From: Deltaproteobacteria bacterium
Lineage (GTDB): Bacteria > Desulfobacterota > Desulfobacteria > Desulfobacterales > JAFDMD01
Direction of reading: 5' to 3'
Assembly: GCA_019306065.1 (NCBI GenBank)
Contig: JAFDMF010000008.1
Coordinates: 26,430-90,429 of the forward strand
Length of the DNA stretch: 64,000 nt
Shown: piece by piece, positions 56,424-64,000 of the stretch
Position numbering within the stretch: the first letter of the stretch is position 1
How the letters are laid out: every line of letters starts with the position of its first letter
Made by a program: the position numbers and the translations under genes
Notes under the pieces: model-generated
The model's input: only the letters and a program-made list of their open reading frames with translations
Database searches by the model: none
Told to the model about the DNA's origin: nothing

Positions 56424-57476
56424 ATGGCTGGCAATACAATAGGACAGATATTTAAAGTTACAACCTACGGCGAATCTCATGGAATAGGCGTAGGCGCTGT
56501 TATAGACGGATGCCCGCCCGGCATCCCGATAAATAACCAAATAATCCGAAAAGCTCTTGATAAAAGAAAAACAGGCGCATCTATTGCAGGAACCAATAGA
56601 AAAGAGCCGGATCCTGCGGAAATAATATCAGGAACATTTAAAGGAGTTACAAGCGGAACTCCTATAATGATATTTATTCCGAATAAAGAGGCGGATAGCG
56701 AGGCGTATAAAGATATTGCGGATATATACAGACCCGGACACGGGGATATAACTTATATGCAAAAATATAAAATAAGAGACTGGCGTGGAGGAGGCAGAGC
56801 CTCCGCAAGAGAAACCGTCGCAAGAGTAGCGGCAGGCGCGGTTGCAAAAGCGGTTCTTAATAAAAAAAATATCAGCGTAAAAGCTTATACAATCCAGCTC
56901 GGAAATATCCGCGCAAAAAAATACGATTTTAGCCATGCAAAAACCGATCCTTTCTTATGTCCGGATCAACAAGCCTCCAACACTATGGAACAAGAGGTTG
57001 AAAAAGTAAAAAAAGACGGGGATTCTTTGGGTGGAATAGTAGAAATAATTGTAAAAGGGGTAATACCTGGGTTAGGAGAGCCTGTTTTTGATAAACTTGA
57101 CGCGGACATTGCAAAAGCCGTAATGAGCATAGGAGCGGTAAAAGGGGTTGAAATAGGCTCGGGATTTTACGCGGCTTTAATGAAAGGTTCCGAAAATAAC
57201 GATTCTATTTCCAAAAACGGTTTTGCGACCAATAATGCCGGCGGAATTCTTGCAGGAATATCAAACGGAGACGATATTATTATAAGGGCTGCGGTAAAGC
57301 CTATACCTTCCATAAGACTTGAGCAAAAAACAATAGATGAAAAAGGAAACGAAAGAACAATCTCTATACAAGGAAGACACGATATTTCTGCAATACCAAG
57401 GATCAATTCGGTATGCGAAGCAATGGTAAGTATAACCCTTGCGGATCATCTTTTAAGACAAAGAGCAATAAGATGA
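56424..57476 (+). CDS. aroC: Chorismate synthase
   Basis: [23 protein letters not shown] and GGILAGIS. Confidence 0.96.
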   Translation: MAGNTIGQIFKVTTYGESHGIGVGAVIDGCPPGIPINNQIIRKALDKRKTGASIAGTNRKEPDPAEIISGTFKGVTSGTPIMIFIPNKEADSEAYKDIADIYRPGHGDITYMQKYKIRDWRGGGRASARETVARVAAGAVAKAVLNKKNISVKAYTIQLGNIRAKKYDFSHAKTDPFLCPDQQASNTMEQEVEKVKKDGDSLGGIVEIIVKGVIPGLGEPVFDKLDADIAKAVMSIGAVKGVEIGSGFYAALMKGSENNDSISKNGFATNNAGGILAGISNGDDIIIRAAVKPIPSIRLEQKTIDEKGNERTISIQGRHDISAIPRINSVCEAMVSITLADHLLRQRAIR

Positions 57477-58090
57477 CAAATTTAATATGCGTAATAATTT
57501 TATCTTATATAGCCGGTTCAATACCTGTAAGCATTATAATTTCCAAAATATTTGCAAATACGGATATAAGAGAATGCGGAAGCAAAAACCCCGGAGCCGC
57601 AAATGTTTATCGAACCGTAGGACCCGCTGCGGGCGCGCTTGCCGCGTTTTTTGATATATTTAAGGGCGCCGCATCAGCCTTATGGATTGCGCCCATAGCT
57701 TATGATATATCCTTATTTGAAAACGAAACCATATCTTTTATTGCAGGCAGCGCGGCTATACTTGGTCATATATTTTCTATATTTTTAAAATTTAAAGGAG
57801 GCAAAGGGGTGGCAACCGCTGCGGGAGTCTTTTTTGCAATGACGCCTATTGCGGCGTTAATATCTCTTATAATATTTGTATCTGTTGTTATGACGACAAA
57901 AATTTCCTCGTTAGGCTCGCTTCTCTCAACATGCTTAACGCCTATTATTCTTTTTGTAATGAGCGATTATTTTTATATGGATATTCCGAAGAACGCTATA
58001 AGCTTTGCAATATTTACAGCTTTTTTGATACTTTTTGCGCATAGAAAAAATATAGAGCGTATTGTAAAAGGTAAAGAAAATAAAGTTTAA
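57473..58090 (+). CDS. plsY: Glycerol-3-phosphate acyltransferase PlsY
   Basis: GSIPVS, GSKNPGAANV and KGGKGVAT. The ATG overlaps the aroC stop (ATGA). Confidence 0.93.
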   Translation: MTNLICVIILSYIAGSIPVSIIISKIFANTDIRECGSKNPGAANVYRTVGPAAGALAAFFDIFKGAASALWIAPIAYDISLFENETISFIAGSAAILGHIFSIFLKFKGGKGVATAAGVFFAMTPIAALISLIIFVSVVMTTKISSLGSLLSTCLTPIILFVMSDYFYMDIPKNAISFAIFTAFLILFAHRKNIERIVKGKENKV

Positions 58091-58156
58091 AATAATCGAA
58101 TAAAATATTTTTTAACTGTTTTAATGCAATATAAGGCATATCTAAAATAATAAGCT

Positions 58157-58651
58157 ATGAAAGAATTATTAGACAAAATATCTTCTTATAACATATTCAA
58201 TTGCTTGCTCCCTGGAACACTTTTTTCTGTGATTGTTTCTAATATAACGGATTTGAATTTAATACAATCTGATTTATTAGTTGGAGTTTTTGTGTATTAT
58301 TTTATCGGTTTGATTATTAGTCGAATCGGTTCATTGGTTATTGAGCCAATTCTTAAAAAAATAAAATTTGTGAAATTTGCAGATTACGAGGACTTTGTAA
58401 GAGTTTCATGCAAAGATAAAACATTGGAGATATTATCTGAATCCAATAACATGTATCGAACCTTTATTTCATTGTTTTTACTTTCAATTTTGCTTAAACT
58501 GTACTTTATTTTTGAGAGTAAATGGATATTTTTATATAGATGGAATAGTTGGATAGTAGTTATTCTATTACTATTAATGTTTTTATTTTCTTATAGAAAA
58601 CAGACAAAATATATAACCAAAAGAATTAATTCGCAAAAGGACAATTTATGA
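58157..58651 (+). CDS. Hypothetical membrane protein (about 4 TM helices)
   Basis: 164-aa ORF whose stop overlaps the next start (ATGA at 58648-58651). Confidence 0.5.
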   Translation: MKELLDKISSYNIFNCLLPGTLFSVIVSNITDLNLIQSDLLVGVFVYYFIGLIISRIGSLVIEPILKKIKFVKFADYEDFVRVSCKDKTLEILSESNNMYRTFISLFLLSILLKLYFIFESKWIFLYRWNSWIVVILLLLMFLFSYRKQTKYITKRINSQKDNL

Positions 58652-59535
58652 GTATAGTAAAGTCGTTTTCCGTAGGCAATGGCGATATGTTTTTTATAAA
58701 ACATAATAGTGACAATTTTTCAATAATAGATTGTTGTTTATCAGACGATAACAAAGAAGATATAGTGGATGAATTAAAAAATGAGTCTTGTAAGAAAGGA
58801 ATTCAACGGTTTATTTCAACCCATCCTGATGAAGACCACATTCAGAACCTTGATTATTTGGATGATAAAATGGGATTTTTAAATTTTTATTGCGTAAAAA
58901 ATGAGGCGGGAAAAGAAGATGAAACTTCAGGATTTAAAAGATACTGTGAATTAAGGGATTCTGATAAAAAATCGTTTTATATAAGTAAAGATTGCTCAAG
59001 AAAATGGATGAATCAAACTAATGATGAGCGAGGCTCACCTGGCATTAATATATTATGGCCAAAAACAAGTAATCAAGATTTTAAGGATGAATTAGAAAAA
59101 GTAAAAGATGGAGAAAGTCCAAATAATATCTCTCCGATTATTAAATATAGTCTTCAGGATGGAGCAATAATGCTATGGATGGGAGATTTAGAAAATTATT
59201 TTATGGAAAAGATCAAGGATAAAGTTTTTTTTTCGAAGATTAACATTTTATTTGCCCCACATCACGGACGAAAAACCGGAAAAGTAATTAAAGAGTGGTT
59301 AGACGACATCAATCCTGATATTATAATCATGGGCGAGGCTCGATCAAGGGATCTTGATTATGCGGCTTATGATGGCTACAACAAAATAACTCAAAATTCA
59401 GCAGGAGATATAACCTTTAAATGTGAGAAGGGTAAAATTCATATCTATGTTTCAAACGAAAATTACTCAGTTGATTTTCTTGATGATGAGGGAAACGATG
59501 AATTTGACAATTATATTGGGACATTGAATATATAA
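58648..59535 (+). CDS. MBL-fold metallo-hydrolase (ComEC C-terminal-domain-like)
   Basis: SVGNGDMFFI...FSIIDCC, STHPDEDHIQ (HxDxDH-type metal motif) and APHHG. Confidence 0.72.
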   Translation: MSIVKSFSVGNGDMFFIKHNSDNFSIIDCCLSDDNKEDIVDELKNESCKKGIQRFISTHPDEDHIQNLDYLDDKMGFLNFYCVKNEAGKEDETSGFKRYCELRDSDKKSFYISKDCSRKWMNQTNDERGSPGINILWPKTSNQDFKDELEKVKDGESPNNISPIIKYSLQDGAIMLWMGDLENYFMEKIKDKVFFSKINILFAPHHGRKTGKVIKEWLDDINPDIIIMGEARSRDLDYAAYDGYNKITQNSAGDITFKCEKGKIHIYVSNENYSVDFLDDEGNDEFDNYIGTLNI

Positions 59536-59591
59536 TAACAATATTTCAGATTAATGTAATAACCTATAACCCAAAATATTTTAAATAAAAT

Positions 59592-61145
59592 ATGAAACAA
59601 AAAAAAGTTCTTCTTATGATATTAGACGGCTGGGGAATCGGCGGAAACAACCGTAACAACGCCGTTTACGCTGCAAAGACTCCGATTTTAGACGGCTTAA
59701 AAAAAAAATATCCGCAAACCTCTCTTTTATGTTCCGGTAAAGATGTCGGATTGCCCCCCGCCATTATGGGAAACTCGGAAGTGGGGCATTTAAATATAGG
59801 AGCGGGCAGGGTTGTTTATCAGAATTTGTTAAAAATAAACGAATCTATAAAAAATAAAATTTTTTTTGAAAATTTTGCCGTAAACTCGGTAATGGATAAG
59901 GTTTTAAAAACTGAAAGAAGCTTGCATGTAATAGGGCTTTTATCCGATGCCGGAGTTCACAGCCATATTAACCATCTTTTTGCAATAATAGATATGGCTA
60001 AAAAAAAAGGTATAAAAAAACTATTTGTTCACGCAATTACAGACGGCAGAGACACTCCGCCGGACAGCGGGCTCAGCTATATAAAAAAAACCGCCAATTA
60101 TTTATCAGAAATAAAATGTGGACAAATTGCAAGTATATGCGGAAGATATTTTGCAATGGACAGAGATAAAAGATGGAAAAGGATTAAAACCGCATACAAT
60201 CTTTATACAAAAGGAGAAGGGATAAAAGAGGAACAACCGATAGACGCTATAAAAAAGGCTTACCAAAAACAGGAAACGGATGAATTTATAAAACCTATAA
60301 TTATCATTGATAAAAAAAACAAACCGCTTTCCATAATAAAAGATAATGACGGAATTATATTTTTTAATTTCAGAGCAGACAGAGCGCGAGAAATTACGGC
60401 AGCCTTTACGGAGCCCAATTTTAATAAATTTATAAGAGCTTACACCCCGAAACTATGCGAATTTGTTTCTATGACCCAATATGACGATAAACTTAAAAAT
60501 CCGCTTACAGCTTTTGCGCCTAATCGTCTTAAAAACATACTTGGCGAAGTAATAGCAAATAACGACTTACGCCAGTTAAGAATTGCCGAAACCGAAAAAT
60601 ATGCTCACGTAACTTATTTCTTTAACGCCGGAGAGGAAAAATCTTTTTTAAACGAAGATAGAATATTAATAGAATCTCCGAAAAGTGTAGCAACTTATGA
60701 CCAAAAGCCGGAAATGAGCGCCTTTGAAGTAACCGAAAAAGCATTGAAAAATATTAAAAAGAATAAATATCATCTTATAGTTATAAATTTTGCAAACATG
60801 GATATGGTAGGACATACAGGAAAGCTTGACGCGGCAATAAAAGCCTGCGAAACCGTTGATAACCGCGTAGGAAAAATTCTGCCTGAAGCCTTAAATGCAG
60901 ATATGAGCGTAATAGTAACCGCAGATCATGGAAATGCGGAGATTATGCAAGATAAAAACGGCAAACCCCATACTGCTCATACTACCAATCCGGTTCCTTT
61001 TATTTTGGTTGAAAAAAATATTAAAAATATTAAACTTAAGATCGGCAGACTTGCAGATATTGCGCCGACTATTTTAGATATTATGAATATAAAACAGCCG
61101 AAAGAAATGACAGGGAATAGCCTGATCGTTTCGGTAACCACTTAA
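59592..61145 (+). CDS. gpmI: 2,3-bisphosphoglycerate-independent phosphoglycerate mutase
   Basis: ILDGWG, GNSEVGHLNIGAGR, TDGRDTPP, ADHGNAE. Confidence 0.96.
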   Translation: MKQKKVLLMILDGWGIGGNNRNNAVYAAKTPILDGLKKKYPQTSLLCSGKDVGLPPAIMGNSEVGHLNIGAGRVVYQNLLKINESIKNKIFFENFAVNSVMDKVLKTERSLHVIGLLSDAGVHSHINHLFAIIDMAKKKGIKKLFVHAITDGRDTPPDSGLSYIKKTANYLSEIKCGQIASICGRYFAMDRDKRWKRIKTAYNLYTKGEGIKEEQPIDAIKKAYQKQETDEFIKPIIIIDKKNKPLSIIKDNDGIIFFNFRADRAREITAAFTEPNFNKFIRAYTPKLCEFVSMTQYDDKLKNPLTAFAPNRLKNILGEVIANNDLRQLRIAETEKYAHVTYFFNAGEEKSFLNEDRILIESPKSVATYDQKPEMSAFEVTEKALKNIKKNKYHLIVINFANMDMVGHTGKLDAAIKACETVDNRVGKILPEALNADMSVIVTADHGNAEIMQDKNGKPHTAHTTNPVPFILVEKNIKNIKLKIGRLADIAPTILDIMNIKQPKEMTGNSLIVSVTT

Positions 61146-61177
61146 CCTTAATCTGAATTTGAGAGGAGAAATAAAAA

Positions 61178-61756
61178 ATGAAAATAACAACTATACTCGG
61201 AAGCCCGAAAAAAAATGGAAACACTGCGGCGTTTCTTGAACAGTTTGAAAAAATTATGGAACAAAATAATGAGATTAACCGAATTAATATCAAAGATAAA
61301 AATGTAAACGGATGCCTTGGCTGTGGCTCGTGCAGAAAAAAACCGGATGCTATAGGCTGCGTTCAAAAAGATGACGGAGTATCCATATTTGAACAGATGC
61401 TTGATTCCGATTTGATAATATACGCCTCTCCTCTTTACTGCTGGGGCTTTACGGCTCAGCTTAAAGCTTTAGTAGATAGACATTTTTGCATGGTAAAAGA
61501 ATTCAGCCTGCCGCATAATCACGTTTCTTTGTTAGAAAACAAAAAAGTAGCTCTTTTGGTTACCTGCGGAGGACCCGTTGAAAATAATGCAGATCTTATA
61601 CAAACCGCATTTGAAAGGCTTGCCTTTTATATAAAGAGCAAAATTGCCGGCAAATTTATTCTTCCGTTCTGCTCGGATATTAATATTGCAAAAACCCAGG
61701 GCGCTACACTTGCCCAACAAATGGCGGATAGACTTACCGAAAAGCCTATTGCATAA
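61178..61756 (+). CDS. Flavodoxin-fold NAD(P)H-dependent FMN reductase / iron-sulfur flavoprotein-like
   Basis: ILGSPKKNGNT, a CLGCGSC cysteine motif and ASPLYCW. Confidence 0.78.
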   Translation: MKITTILGSPKKNGNTAAFLEQFEKIMEQNNEINRINIKDKNVNGCLGCGSCRKKPDAIGCVQKDDGVSIFEQMLDSDLIIYASPLYCWGFTAQLKALVDRHFCMVKEFSLPHNHVSLLENKKVALLVTCGGPVENNADLIQTAFERLAFYIKSKIAGKFILPFCSDINIAKTQGATLAQQMADRLTEKPIA

Positions 61757-61881
61757 CTTTTTATTTTGCTCATTTTCACGTGCCGTAAAACCGGACAAAA
61801 TCCTTGCAAAAAGTGGATTGAAAGTAAATAATAAAGGGATTGCTCGCTTCTATCGACAGGATAGGAAGCGCTTTTTCTTAC

Positions 61882-62022
61882 TTGTTATTTCGATGAGCGT
61901 AAGCGAGGAGAAATCTTATAATTGTCTGAACTGTGATTTATATAATTAAATGAATGCTATGATAAATCAAAGCCAGCCAAAGTATAGATCTATACTTTGC
62001 GACTTTGTATCTTAATTATAAC
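61882..62022. repeat. Most complete copy of the composite B-C intergenic repeat, ending 3 nt before the ligA ATG
   Basis: ttgttatttcgatgagcgtaagcgaggagaaatcttataattg, then gtctgaac...attaaatgaat..., then the 22-nt palindrome caaagtatagatctatactttg (61978-61999), then cgactttgtatcttaattataac. Confidence 0.8.
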
Positions 62023-62025
62023 CGT

Positions 62026-63873
62026 ATGAATAACATAAAAAAATTAGTTTCGGATTTAAAAAAATTTAACGAGGAGTATCGAAAAGGCACTCCTCTGATT
62101 ACAGATAAAGAATACGACTCTCTTATAGAAAAACTAAAAAAAGCAGTCCCCCAAAACCCTTTTCTTAATACCGTAGAACCGGAAATCTTTGAAACCAAAA
62201 AAGAGGTAAAACATCCCGCCCCCATGCTCTCTATTGAAAAAGCATATACAAAAGACCAACTTAAAAAATTTATAGCAAGAGTAAAAAAAGAGGCTGAAGA
62301 AATAGGCATAAAAAACCCAGAATTTACGGTAATGCCTAAACTGGACGGGCTTGCAGGAAGAGACGACGGCAAAATTCTTGCTACAAGAGGCAGCGGAACA
62401 GTAGGCTATGATATAACGGAACTTTTTAAAAAAGGGCTTGAGCCTATAGGCGGCAGGGGCTACGGACTGGGCGAACTTGTTATTGTAAATTCTTATTTTA
62501 AAAAACATCTTGCCAAACATTTCGAGCATCCCAGAAATATGGTTGCTGGAATTGCGGCGGCAGATAATCTTAACGAATTTGCAAAAAAGGCCCTTGCAGA
62601 AAAAAAAATTCTTTTTATTCCTTATACTTTTTTGGATAAATGGACTGGAACAGGCGAAGATCTACTTGGAAATTTAGAAAAAATCTTTGAAGATTTGGCT
62701 CAAAAAACCGACTATCCTATGGATGGTATGGTGGTTTATATAGAAAATAAAGAGATAAAAAAATATATGGGATCTACCGCAAACGCTTACAGATGGCAGA
62801 TAGCGGTAAAAACAAAAGGGGAAACAGGCGTTACAACGGTAAAAGATATTATTTGGCAGGTGGGAAGAACAGGAAATATAACCCCCGTATTATTAGTAGA
62901 GCCTTTATCGCTTTCCGGCGCTACAATAAGACGAATTACGGCTCACCATGCCGGAATGGTTCAAAATAAAAAAATCGGCAAAGACGCAGTAATAGAGGTT
63001 ATAAGAAGCGGCGAAGTAATTCCGAAATTAGAAAAAATTATAAAAAAGTCTTTAAAATTTAATGTCCCTGCTAAATGCCCCTCGTGCGGTTCAAAAACCG
63101 CATGGAATAACGATTTTTTAAAATGCGAAAATTATAACTGCAAAGCCCAAATAGAACAAAGAATAAACCATTGGTTTAAAACTTTGGGTAATGCAAATTG
63201 GTTCGGAATTAAAACGATACAAAAACTCACGGAAGCCGGTTATGACGATATAAAAAAGATGTATTTGTTACAAGAAACCGATTTTGTTAATATAGGCTTC
63301 GGGCCGATTCAATCTAAAAATCTTATGCTCTCTCTTATAACAAGCCAAAAAAAAGAGATTGAAGACTGGCGTTTTCTTGCGGCTTTTGGAATTGTCAATC
63401 TTGGAATAGGCGAAAGCGTTAAACTGCTCTCTTATATAAGCCTCGAAAAAATTTCTATGGCAACCGCAGAATTTATTGAAAATATAGAAGGATTCGGACC
63501 TATTACAAGCCTATCTATAGCGGAAGGGATAAAGAAAACATCTAACGATTTAAATTATATGCTCTCTTTGGGTTTTAATCTTACAAAAACTCCAAAGGCT
63601 TCGGAAATTAAAAGCAAAACCTCGCCTATTGCAGGAAAACGTATATTATTTACGGGTAAAATAGAATCCGGAACCAGAGAAAATATGCAGATTAATGCAA
63701 GAAAATTAGGCGCTACGGTTCAAACCTCCATCGCCAAAAATACAGACTATCTTATATACGGAACAAATGCGGGAGCTTCCAAATTAAATAAGGCAAAAAA
63801 ACTTAAAATATATACCCTTTCCGAAAAAGAGTATATTGATCTAATAATAACACCAGAAACTAAAAGATATTAA
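62026..63873 (+). CDS. ligA: NAD-dependent DNA ligase
   Basis: Domain Ia (EYRKGTPLITDKEYDSL), adenylation KLDG, ATRGSGTVGYDIT, Cys4 zinc finger CPSCGS...CENYNC, HhH region and C-terminal BRCT. The tracked ORF starts at a TTG inside the repeat (62005). Confidence 0.92.
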   Translation: MNNIKKLVSDLKKFNEEYRKGTPLITDKEYDSLIEKLKKAVPQNPFLNTVEPEIFETKKEVKHPAPMLSIEKAYTKDQLKKFIARVKKEAEEIGIKNPEFTVMPKLDGLAGRDDGKILATRGSGTVGYDITELFKKGLEPIGGRGYGLGELVIVNSYFKKHLAKHFEHPRNMVAGIAAADNLNEFAKKALAEKKILFIPYTFLDKWTGTGEDLLGNLEKIFEDLAQKTDYPMDGMVVYIENKEIKKYMGSTANAYRWQIAVKTKGETGVTTVKDIIWQVGRTGNITPVLLVEPLSLSGATIRRITAHHAGMVQNKKIGKDAVIEVIRSGEVIPKLEKIIKKSLKFNVPAKCPSCGSKTAWNNDFLKCENYNCKAQIEQRINHWFKTLGNANWFGIKTIQKLTEAGYDDIKKMYLLQETDFVNIGFGPIQSKNLMLSLITSQKKEIEDWRFLAAFGIVNLGIGESVKLLSYISLEKISMATAEFIENIEGFGPITSLSIAEGIKKTSNDLNYMLSLGFNLTKTPKASEIKSKTSPIAGKRILFTGKIESGTRENMQINARKLGATVQTSIAKNTDYLIYGTNAGASKLNKAKKLKIYTLSEKEYIDLIITPETKRY

Positions 63874-63896
63874 TATCTTTTAGTTTCTGGTGTTAT
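63847..63896. terminator. Perfect 23-bp hairpin spanning the ligA stop codon; likely bidirectional terminator with the convergent HU gene
   Basis: ataacaccagaaactaaaagata (63847-63869), loop ttaa, tatcttttagtttctggtgttat (63874-63896). T-run at 63907-63913. Confidence 0.7.
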
Positions 63897-63911
63897 CTAT
63901 AAAAACTTTTT

Positions 63912-64000
63912 TTATTTCACAGCCTCAGCTAATTTTTTACCCGGTTTAAATTTTACTACATTTTTAGCTTTAATTTTAATTGTCGCTCCTGTTTGCGGGT
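63912..64000 (-). CDS. hup: HU/IHF-family DNA-binding protein, C-terminal fragment (gene continues beyond the window)
   Basis: Minus-strand translation ...PQTGATIKIKAKNVVKFKPGKKLAEAVK-stop matches the HU C-terminal arm consensus. Absent from the ORF track because it is short. Confidence 0.75.
   Translation of the reverse strand, partial: PQTGATIKIKAKNVVKFKPGKKLAEAVK

Noticed and set aside
61644-61949. 101-aa plus-strand ORF overlapping the end of the flavoprotein gene and the intergenic repeats
   Set aside because: It is out of frame with the well-supported flavodoxin-like gene and runs through the family B repeat unit. It has no motif and no ribosome-binding site.

Overview
AT-rich bacterial chromosomal window with about 60 protein genes, 3 tRNAs and one partial gene at each edge. 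I saw no rRNA, CRISPR array, transposase or integrase. Most of it is housekeeping. This includes purM, a complete trpEGDCFBA operon, ispD, a UvrD-like helicase, ftsK, RNase J, aroC, plsY, gpmI and ligA, plus lepB, an M23 peptidase, an M24 peptidase and an HU fragment. Anaerobe-type redox genes are also present: a Tat-exported selenocysteine formate dehydrogenase with 4Fe-4S and NrfD-like subunits, and a tungsten-type aldehyde:ferredoxin oxidoreductase. This gene content suggests a Desulfobacterota-like anaerobe, but that is inference only. Accessory content falls into five groups. (1) The best candidate for a novel system is a compact RiPP-like cluster at about 16.8-22.9 kb. It has a 56-codon precursor ORF missed by the ORF track, a hairpin, a YcaO enzyme, a B12-binding radical-SAM enzyme, an S2P/M50 metalloprotease and a stand-alone condensation-domain (HxxxDG) enzyme. 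(2) There are two Type II restriction-modification modules. One is dcm-R-vsr with a C12 tract inside the methylase gene. The other is a beta-class DPPF methylase with an adjacent putative endonuclease. (3) Three genes are interrupted: a C39-like peptidase with TGA at the expected catalytic Cys codon, a dGTPase-like gene with one in-frame TGA, and an aspartyl-protease/PDZ gene frameshifted at an A-run. (4) A translationally coupled membrane-protein plus MBL-fold hydrolase pair lies between plsY and gpmI. (5) At least two families of short intergenic repeats recur: a ~135-bp palindromic MITE-like element, and a modular hairpin element that sits directly 5' of start codons, including inside the trp operon. 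All calls come from reading the sequence and ORF translations. No database search was run.
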